From Candidatus Methylomirabilia bacterium (lineage in GTDB: Bacteria; Methylomirabilota; Methylomirabilia; Rokubacteriales; CSP1-6): a DNA stretch of 12,599 nt. Both the position numbers and the translations under genes were made by a program. This document shows, piece after piece, positions 6,511 to 12,599 of this stretch. The stretch spans positions 1-12,599 of the forward strand of contig JBGQHJ010000139.1 in NCBI GenBank assembly GCA_041497895.1, in the 5' to 3' direction. Position 1 is the stretch's first letter; every line of letters begins with the position of its first letter. A model generated the notes under the pieces. The model made no database searches. It saw only the letters and a program-made list of their open reading frames with translations, and was not told the DNA's origin.

Positions 6511-6614
6511 GGCGCGGGGGGCCCCGGCTGCCCAAATGCGCGGGGGCTGACACTTCCCAGCAGTTGCGACGCAGGTAGGACGGCATAACTACCGGTTTTT
6601 GCTGAGGCCGACCA

Positions 6615-6630
6615 TGGTGCAGTCCTTGCA
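6615..6630 (+). promoter_or_regulatory. Sigma54-type -24/-12 promoter upstream of the response regulator
   Basis: TGGTGC-AGTCC-TTGCA fits GG-N10-GC with a perfect TTGCA, in an intergenic region about 80 bp upstream of the start codon. Confidence 0.5.
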
Positions 6631-6708
6631 CCAGAGAGACCGGGCCGGCGCTCGTGCCGGCCCCAATCGCTCGAGCCGGACAGCCACCCCGGACAGAGGA
6701 GACGGCCA

Positions 6709-7083
6709 GTGCCAGACCCGCGCATTCTCGTGGTCGAGGACGAGACGAACGTCCGTGAGCTGGAAGCGGAGATCCTGAGGGAGGAGTGGGAGCACGTCGA
6801 CACCGCCGTCGACGGCACCGACGCCCTCCGCCTGCTGGCCGAGCATGTCTACGCCGCGATCGTCAGCGACCTCGCGATGCCCAAGCTCGACGGGCGCGGG
6901 CTCTACGAGGAGGTCGGCCGCCGGTGGCCGAGCGCGCACGGGCGTCTGGTGTTCGTGACCGGCTACGCGGAGGCCGAGGAGTACGACGCGTTCCTCCGCG
7001 AGAGCGGGGTCCCGGTGCTGGCCAAGCCATTCACCATCGCCGACCTGATCGGCGCGGTGCAGCGGGCGTTCTCGCCCGCCTAG
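6709..7083 (+). CDS. Single-domain response regulator (receiver only), 124 aa
   Basis: RBS GAGGAG at 6696-6701 and GTG start. Motifs ILVVEDE, phosphoacceptor IVSDLAMP, FVTG, LAKPF. No output domain. Confidence 0.92.
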   Translation: MPDPRILVVEDETNVRELEAEILREEWEHVDTAVDGTDALRLLAEHVYAAIVSDLAMPKLDGRGLYEEVGRRWPSAHGRLVFVTGYAEAEEYDAFLRESGVPVLAKPFTIADLIGAVQRAFSPA

Positions 7084-7096
7084 CGGAGCCGTCCCG

Positions 7097-7768
7097 GTGG
7101 CCCGCCTCGTCGAGTCCGCCGACCAGCGCTACCGCGCGCTGGTGGAGTCGAGCCGTGGCCTGATCTGCACCCACGACCTGGCCGGCATCCTCCTGTCGGT
7201 CAACCCGGCCGCGGCCGACCGGCTGGGCTACGCCGTGGACGAGCTGGTCGGCCGGAGCCTGGGCGATCTCCTGGCGCCCTCGGTCCGCGTGCAGTTCCCG
7301 CAGTACCTGGACCGGATCGGCCGCGCCTCGGGCGACGAGGGGCTGATGCTGGTGGTCACGCGGGACGGGGAAGAGCGCATCTGGAGCTACAGCAACGTGC
7401 GCTGCCAGGACCCGGGCGGACCGCCCTACGTGCTGGGGCACGCCCACGACATCACCGACATCAAGCGGTCGGACGCCCGGGCCGGCGAGGCGGAGGCCCT
7501 CCGCTCGGTGGCCCAGCTGGCGCTCGCCACCGCGCACGAGATCAACAATCCGCTGACCGTCATCATCGCGAGCCTCCAGCTCATGACCTCGCGCGGGCAG
7601 GTGCCCCCCGAGGCCGCGAACTACGTGGAGCGCGCGATCCGCGCCGGCGAGCAGATCCGCGACATCGTGCGCAACATGTCCCGCATCACGCGGCTCGAGC
7701 TGTCCCGCCAGTCCCCGCAGCTGCCGCCCGTCCTCGATCTCCGCAAGTCCAGCGACCCGCAGGGCTGA
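7097..7768 (+). CDS. PAS domain + histidine kinase dimerisation/phosphoacceptor (HisKA/DHp) protein lacking the HATPase domain, 223 aa
   Basis: GGAG at 7085-7088 and GTG start. PAS S-box YRALVESSRGLICTHDLAGILLSVNPAAADRLGYAVDELVG ending in HDITDIK. H-box ATAHEINNPLTVI (H147). No N/G1/F/G2 boxes before the TGA. Confidence 0.85.
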   Translation: MARLVESADQRYRALVESSRGLICTHDLAGILLSVNPAAADRLGYAVDELVGRSLGDLLAPSVRVQFPQYLDRIGRASGDEGLMLVVTRDGEERIWSYSNVRCQDPGGPPYVLGHAHDITDIKRSDARAGEAEALRSVAQLALATAHEINNPLTVIIASLQLMTSRGQVPPEAANYVERAIRAGEQIRDIVRNMSRITRLELSRQSPQLPPVLDLRKSSDPQG

Positions 7769-7786
7769 TCCCGCGCGGCCGGGGAC

Positions 7787-7815
7787 TTGCCGTCCGGCCC
7801 CGTCTCGGCTAAGGT
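7787..7815 (+). promoter_or_regulatory. Sigma70-like promoter for the ABC transporter operon
   Basis: TTGCCG (7787-7792), 17-nt spacer, TAAGGT (7810-7815). RBS GAGGAG at 7858-7863. Confidence 0.4.
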
Positions 7816-7869
7816 CGGGGCGGCGAGAGCAGGATTCTCCAGCCGGTCCCCCAACGCGAGGAGCGATCA

Positions 7870-9456
7870 ATGAAGCGTGCGAGCGCGATGGCACAGGTGT
7901 TCCTGCTGATCCTGGCGCTGCTGGGCGTGGCGCTCACCGGAACCTCCTGGGCCCAGCCGAAGACCGAGCTCACGGTGGCGCTGTCGAGCTTCTCCACCGA
8001 GGTGCTCGATCCGCCGCTGGGCGGCCACCTCGTGAAGTACTACCTGTCGATGATCTTCGACTACCTGGTGGGGACCACGCCGGACGGGCATCCCTCGCGC
8101 GAGGGCGGCCTCGCGACGCGCTGGGAGAATTCGCCCGACTTCAAGCGCTGGACCTTCCACCTCCGCAAGGGGGTCAAGTTCCACAACGGCGACGAGGTGA
8201 CCGCCGAGGACGTGAAGTTCAGCATCATGCGGAACATCGGCAAGCGCTCCACCACCGGCTACGCCGGGCCGCTCCGCACCCTGATCGCGGACATCGAGAC
8301 CCCCGCGCCGGACCGGGTGGTGATCGTCACCAAGGAGCCGACCCTCATCATCCCGACCTATCTCTCGCGCTCGCTCTCGAGCGAGGGGATGATCGTGCCC
8401 AAGAAGTACGTGGAGGCGGTCGGCGACGACGTCTTCGCCCGCAAGCCGATCGGCAGCGGCCCCTACAAGTTCGTGGAGCAGGTGACCGGCTCCCACATCA
8501 AGCTCGCCGCGGTCGACAGCCACTGGCGCATCGGGACGCCCAAGTTCAAGACCATGATGTTCCGCCTCGTGCCCGAGGAGACCACCCGCATCGCGCTCCT
8601 GCGCCGCGGGGAGGTGGACGTGGCCGACGTGAGCCGCGAGCGCGTGGCCGAGCTGGAGCGGGAGGGCTTCCCGATCCACTACCGGCGCGAGGAGGCCATC
8701 CTGAGCATGTGGTGGATCCTGGGCCCCGACGGCCCGGTGGCGCCCACCAAGGACAAGCGCGTGCGCGAGGCCCTCAACCTGGCGATCGACCGCGCCGAGA
8801 TCGCCCGGTCGATCTTCGGCGGCAAGGCGGAGCCGGCGTCGGTGCCGCTCGGGCTCTCGTGGTCCTTCAAGGACGTGGGTTTCAAGCCGACGCCCGAGAT
8901 GGCGTACCCCTACGACCCGGCGCGCGCCAAGAAGCTCCTGGCCGACGCGGGCGTCGCCTCCGGCTTCACTCTGGACATCTACGCCTATCAGCTCCCCGGC
9001 CTGCCCGAGGGCAAGACCCTGGCGGAGGCGGTGGCCGGCTACTGGGAGAAGCTCGGCATCAAGACGCGGCTGATCCCGGTCGACTACCCCGCCTTCCGCA
9101 AGGCGTGGGTGGACCGGGCGACCCCCGGCGCGGTCGGCTACTTCAACATCGCCAACCGCGACTGGATCGGGGCCTACGCCCTGCTCGAGAAGATGGCGTA
9201 CACGCCGGCCAAGGGCAACGCCACCGTCAACGACCCGGAGATCGACGGCATGATCTCGCAGGTGATGCGCCAGACGGACCGGGAGAAGATCAACGCGCTC
9301 ATGCGCAACGTGTACACGCGCCTGCGCAGCGAGCACTACGGGGTCCCGGTGGTCTACTTGCACTCCCCCTACGCGACCTCGAAGACCCTCGGCAAGTGGA
9401 ACGTGGGCTCCGTCATGTACGACCTGTTCTTCGACGTGCTCGCCTCCGGGAAATAG
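7870..9456 (+). CDS. ABC transporter substrate-binding protein, family 5 (DppA/OppA/NikA-like), 528 aa
   Basis: Sec-type signal peptide (MKR...hydrophobic core...SWA-Q, no lipobox). Family-5 signature LATRWENSPDFKRWTFHLRKGVKFHNGDEVTAEDVKFS, plus PIGSGPYKF, DKRVREALNLAIDR and YPYDPARAKKLLADAG. Confidence 0.95.
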   Translation: MKRASAMAQVFLLILALLGVALTGTSWAQPKTELTVALSSFSTEVLDPPLGGHLVKYYLSMIFDYLVGTTPDGHPSREGGLATRWENSPDFKRWTFHLRKGVKFHNGDEVTAEDVKFSIMRNIGKRSTTGYAGPLRTLIADIETPAPDRVVIVTKEPTLIIPTYLSRSLSSEGMIVPKKYVEAVGDDVFARKPIGSGPYKFVEQVTGSHIKLAAVDSHWRIGTPKFKTMMFRLVPEETTRIALLRRGEVDVADVSRERVAELEREGFPIHYRREEAILSMWWILGPDGPVAPTKDKRVREALNLAIDRAEIARSIFGGKAEPASVPLGLSWSFKDVGFKPTPEMAYPYDPARAKKLLADAGVASGFTLDIYAYQLPGLPEGKTLAEAVAGYWEKLGIKTRLIPVDYPAFRKAWVDRATPGAVGYFNIANRDWIGAYALLEKMAYTPAKGNATVNDPEIDGMISQVMRQTDREKINALMRNVYTRLRSEHYGVPVVYLHSPYATSKTLGKWNVGSVMYDLFFDVLASGK

Positions 9457-9472
9457 TCGAGCGCGTGTGGTC

Positions 9473-9631
9473 GGCCCCGAGCGCATGAACAGTGCGGTGG
9501 GGGGGCATGGGGGAGGAGCGCCGCCGCTCCCCCCCATTCAGAACAATGCGCGCGGCCTTGGCCCCGAGCGCATGAATAGTGCGGTGGGGGGGCATGGGGG
9601 AGGAGCGCCGCCGCTCCCCCCCATTCAGAAC
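9473..9631. repeat. Two direct copies of a 72-bp G/C-rich hairpin element (REP-like), 9473-9544 and 9560-9631
   Basis: Copies are 71/72 identical (C9490 versus T9577), with an 87-bp period and a 15-bp spacer. Each contains the hairpin ATGGGGG(A)GGAGCG-CCGC-CGCTCCCCCCCAT. Confidence 0.93.
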
Positions 9632-9670
9632 GAGCCGTTCAGGCTTCTGCCTTAGAGCGTCGGCACCCAC

Positions 9671-10591
9671 ATGCTGCGCTTCGTCGTGGCCCGGCTCCTG
9701 CAGTCACTGGTGGCGCTCGCCATCATCTCGGTGGTGGTGTTCGTGCTGGCCCGCGCCACTGGCGACCCGCTCTACCTGATCCTGCCGATGTCGGCCTCGC
9801 AGGAGGATTTCGACAACGCCCGCCGCTATCTCGGCCTGGACCGGCCCTACCTCGAGCAGTACCTCTCCTTCGCGGGGCGCGCGGCGACCGGCGACTTCGG
9901 CACGTCGCTGCGGGCGCGGCGCCCGGTGAGCGAGCTGATCCGCGAGCGGCTGCCCAACTCGCTGAAGCTGGCCGCGTTCGCGATGGCCGTCTCGCTCGCG
10001 ATGGCGTTTCCCCTCGGGATCATGGCCGCGGTGCACAAGGGCTCCGGCCTCGACCGCCTCGCCCAGGTCGTCTCGGTCCTGGGGCAGTCCCTGCCCACGT
10101 TCTGGGTGGCCATCCTGCTGGTGGAGTTCGTGGCCGGACGGCTGCAGTGGCTGCCCGCGGGCGGCATCGACGGGTTCACGAGCTACATCCTGCCCGGCTT
10201 CACGCTCGGCTGGTTCGTGGTGGCCGGGCTCATGCGGCTCCTGCGCTCCGGCATGCTCGAGGTCCTCGACTCCGAGTACGTCAAGCTCGCCCGGGTGAAG
10301 GGCATGGGGGAGGGGCGGGTGATCTGGCTGCATGCGCTCAAGAACGCCCTGATCCCGGTCGTCACCTTCGCCGGCATCTACTTCGCGATCCTGGTGACCA
10401 CCGCGATCGTGGTGGAGACCGTCTTTGCCTGGCCCGGCCTCGGCCGCCTGGCCTACGAGGGCATCAGCTCGCGCGACTTCCCGGTGATCCAGGCGGTGGT
10501 GCTGACCACCGCGGCCATCGTGGCGGTCGTGAACCTCTGCGTCGACTGCCTCTACGCGCTCATCGACCCGCGCATCCGCTATGCCCGCTGA
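9671..10591 (+). CDS. Peptide/nickel ABC transporter permease, DppB/OppB-like (306 aa)
   Basis: N-terminus MLRFVVARLLQSL, then GLDRPYLEQY and GDFGTSL. EAA loop RSGMLEVLDSEYVKLARVKG; HALKNALIPV, VETVFAWPGLG, RDFPVIQ; C-terminal DPRIRY. Confidence 0.96.
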   Translation: MLRFVVARLLQSLVALAIISVVVFVLARATGDPLYLILPMSASQEDFDNARRYLGLDRPYLEQYLSFAGRAATGDFGTSLRARRPVSELIRERLPNSLKLAAFAMAVSLAMAFPLGIMAAVHKGSGLDRLAQVVSVLGQSLPTFWVAILLVEFVAGRLQWLPAGGIDGFTSYILPGFTLGWFVVAGLMRLLRSGMLEVLDSEYVKLARVKGMGEGRVIWLHALKNALIPVVTFAGIYFAILVTTAIVVETVFAWPGLGRLAYEGISSRDFPVIQAVVLTTAAIVAVVNLCVDCLYALIDPRIRYAR

Positions 10592-11474
10592 GCCGGCCGC
10601 GGTGACGCGTCCCGAGGTGGACCTGACCGCCGACGCGGCGCCCCGGCGCGGCTGGCGGCTGCCGATGTTCCCGCTGGTGGTGATCGGGCTCTTCGTGGCG
10701 GTGGCCGCGGTGGCTCCGCTGCTCGGCCTGCCCGACCCGACCGCGCAGGCGCTGCGGGACCGCTTCAAGCCGCCGGCGTGGCAGGAGGCGGGGAGCTGGA
10801 CGCATCCGCTCGGCACCGACCGGCTCGGCCGCGACCTGCTCTCGCGCATCGTGTGGGGCGCGCGAGTGTCGCTCGCGGCGGGCGTGCTCACGGTGCTGGT
10901 GGCGAGCGCGTTCGGCGCCGCGGTGGGCCTGACCGCCGGCTACTACGGCGGCCGCGTCGACGCCATCCTCATGCGCGTCACCGACGCCACCATGTCCTTC
11001 CCGGTGATCCTGCTCGCCCTGATCCTGGCGGTCACGGTCGGCCCGAGCTTCGCCAACGTGGTGACCGCGATCGCGGTCATCCTGTGGGCCCGCTACGCGC
11101 GCGTCATCCGCGGCCAGGTGCTCACGCTCATGCAGCTCGACTTCGTGGCCCAGGCCCGCATCGCGGGGGCGGGGGCGTGGCGGATCATCACGCGTCACCT
11201 GCTCCCCAACACCCTCGGCACGCTGCTGGTGCTGGTCACGCTCCAGGTCGGCTACGTGATCATCTTGGAGGCCTCGCTCTCGTTCCTGGGGGCGGGCATT
11301 CCCCCGCCCACGCCGGCCTGGGGCTCCATGATCGCGGAGGGCCGCGACTTCGTCACCAGCGCGTGGTGGGTCTCGCTCTTCCCGGGCCTGGCGATCCTCC
11401 TCGTGGTGCTCGCGTTCAACCTGCTCGGGGACTGGCTGCGCGACACCTTCGACCCGAAGCTCCGACAGCTCTGA
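10581..11474 (+). CDS. Peptide/nickel ABC transporter permease, DppC/OppC-like (297 aa)
   Basis: HPLGTDRLGRDLLSRIVWGARVSL; EAA loop FVAQARIAGAGAWRIITRHLLPN; EASLSFLGAG, PAWGSMI, FNLLGDWLRDTFDPK. Overlaps the previous stop by 11 bp. Confidence 0.96.
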   Translation: MPAEPAAVTRPEVDLTADAAPRRGWRLPMFPLVVIGLFVAVAAVAPLLGLPDPTAQALRDRFKPPAWQEAGSWTHPLGTDRLGRDLLSRIVWGARVSLAAGVLTVLVASAFGAAVGLTAGYYGGRVDAILMRVTDATMSFPVILLALILAVTVGPSFANVVTAIAVILWARYARVIRGQVLTLMQLDFVAQARIAGAGAWRIITRHLLPNTLGTLLVLVTLQVGYVIILEASLSFLGAGIPPPTPAWGSMIAEGRDFVTSAWWVSLFPGLAILLVVLAFNLLGDWLRDTFDPKLRQL

Positions 11475-11488
11475 GCGCGACCCCGCCC

Positions 11489-12493
11489 GTGTCCGGTTCG
11501 CCCGCGCCCCGCCCGGTCATCGACGTCCGCGACCTCCGCACCCACCTCGTGACCCGCTGGGGCACGGTGAAGGCGGTGGACGGCGTCTCGTTCTCGGTGG
11601 GGGAGGGCGAGACCCTCGGCCTGGTGGGGGAGTCCGGCTCCGGCAAGAGCATGACGTGCCTGAGCCTGCTGCGTCTGGTGCCCCGGCCGGCCGCGCGCAT
11701 CCTGGGTGGACAGGTGTGGCTCGACGGCGAGGATCTGCTCGCCAAGAGCGAGGCCGAGATGCGGAAGATCCGGGGCCGGCGGATCGCGATGATCCTGCAG
11801 GACCCGATGAGCTCGCTCAACCCCGTGTTCTCGATCGGCATGCAGACGCGCGAGGCGGTCGCGCTCTACCACGGCCTGCGCGGGCGCGGGCTCGCGGCGC
11901 GGGCCGCCGAGCTGCTGGCCGCGGTGCGCATCCCGTCGCCCGCCGAGCGGCTGCGCGCCTTCCCGCACCAGCTCTCGGGCGGCATGCGCCAGCGGGTGGT
12001 GGGGGCGATGGCGATCGCGGCGCCGCCCCGCCTGCTCATCGCCGACGAGCCCACCACGAGCCTCGACCTCACCATCCAGGCCCAGTACCTGGGCCTGCTC
12101 GAGGAGCTCCAGGAGCGGCATCGCCTGGCCCTGGTCTTCGTCACCCACAACCTCGGCATCGTGGCGCGCATCTGCGACCGGGTCGCGGTGATGTACGCCG
12201 GCCGCATCGTCGAGATGGGGCCGGTGCGACGTCTCTTCACCCGGCCGGCGCATCCCTACAGCCGCGCGCTGCTCGAGTCGATCCCGCGCCTGGGCGCCCG
12301 CGCGGCGCGGCTCACCGCGATCGAGGGCCAGCCGCCCGACCTGGCGCGGCTGCCCGCGGGCTGCGCCTTCGCGCCGCGCTGCGCGTCGGTGATGGAGCGC
12401 TGCCGGGTGGAGGCGCCGCCCGAGACGGCGGTCGAGGCCGGCCACGTGACGCGCTGCTGGCTGGAGGCCCCGGGGGCCGGGGAACCGGCGTGA
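11489..12493 (+). CDS. Peptide ABC transporter ATP-binding protein, DppD/OppD-like (about 334 aa)
   Basis: Walker A GESGSGKS, Q-loop ILQDPMSSLNP, signature LSGGMRQR, Walker B LLIADEPT, H-loop VTHN, and an HPY/Cys-rich C-terminal domain. Start uncertain (GTG 11489 or CTG 11471). The ORF-track start at 10778 overlaps the permease and is spurious. Confidence 0.94.
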   Translation: MSGSPAPRPVIDVRDLRTHLVTRWGTVKAVDGVSFSVGEGETLGLVGESGSGKSMTCLSLLRLVPRPAARILGGQVWLDGEDLLAKSEAEMRKIRGRRIAMILQDPMSSLNPVFSIGMQTREAVALYHGLRGRGLAARAAELLAAVRIPSPAERLRAFPHQLSGGMRQRVVGAMAIAAPPRLLIADEPTTSLDLTIQAQYLGLLEELQERHRLALVFVTHNLGIVARICDRVAVMYAGRIVEMGPVRRLFTRPAHPYSRALLESIPRLGARAARLTAIEGQPPDLARLPAGCAFAPRCASVMERCRVEAPPETAVEAGHVTRCWLEAPGAGEPA

Positions 12494-12599
12494 GCAGGCT
12501 GCTCGAGGTCGAGGCGCTCACCAAGCACTTCCCGGTGCGACGCGGGCTGCTGGGCCGGGCCACCGGCCTGGTGCGCGCGGTGGACGGCGTCTCGTTCAC
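12490..12599 (+). CDS. Peptide ABC transporter ATP-binding protein, DppF/OppF-like (N-terminal fragment, truncated by the window end)
   Basis: GTGA overlap with the previous stop. Translates as MSRLLEVEALTKHFPVRRGLLGRATGLVRAVDGVSF..., a typical DppF/OppF N-terminus. Confidence 0.88.
   Translation, partial: MSRLLEVEALTKHFPVRRGLLGRATGLVRAVDGVSF

Noticed and set aside
4329..6578. 749-aa + strand ORF, and the 100-aa N-terminal extension (4828-5127) of the amidohydrolase ORF
   Set aside because: Both overlap well-supported genes and have low-complexity composition; the RBS and domain start support ATG 5128.
7867..9537. 556-aa antisense ORF opposite the binding-protein gene
   Set aside because: Typical antisense shadow of a GC3-biased gene; it starts within the repeat and has no motifs.
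9473..9631. CRISPR mini-array interpretation of the direct repeats
   Set aside because: Repeat (72 bp) is too long, spacer (15 bp) too short, only two units, no cas genes or AT-rich leader.
9413..9670. Small ORFs across the repeat (9467-9655 +, 62 aa with a duplicated peptide; 9413-9670 -, 85 aa)
   Set aside because: The 87-bp period is a multiple of 3, so any open frame gives a duplicated peptide. No clear RBS, and G/C homopolymer codons are better explained by the hairpin.
12359..12460. Four-cysteine C-terminal motif in the DppD-like ATPase
   Set aside because: Normal feature of the oligopeptide/dipeptide ABC ATPase C-terminal domain; not unusual.

Overview
High-GC bacterial window (visually about 70% GC, not computed). 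The gene content and G-rich intergenic hairpin repeat suggest Rokubacteria/Methylomirabilota, but that is an unverified impression. It holds 11 complete CDSs and one partial CDS. Left to right: a hemerythrin-like HHE protein (+), a MEDS-GAF-HisKA-HATPase-REC hybrid kinase (-), a tandem PRC-barrel protein (-), an EamA exporter (-) divergent from a metal-dependent amidohydrolase (+), a stand-alone response regulator followed by a PAS-HisKA protein lacking its ATPase domain (+), and a Dpp/Opp-type ABC operon (binding protein, 2 permeases, 2 ATPases; the last runs off the window). The most interesting signal is non-coding. The hemerythrin and PRC-barrel genes share one upstream architecture: an 18-bp site TTCCCGGTAAG(T/C)CTTACC with a palindromic core, a sigma54-like -24/-12 box with the same non-canonical TTGCACG, and a CGGCAA(A)GGAGGAG leader. 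The kinase and the response regulator also have sigma54-type boxes, whereas the metabolic and transport genes have sigma70-like boxes. This suggests a sigma54 stress regulon with its own incomplete phosphorelay. A 72-bp hairpin repeat is duplicated between the ABC binding protein and the first permease. No rRNA, tRNA, CRISPR array or transposase was seen.
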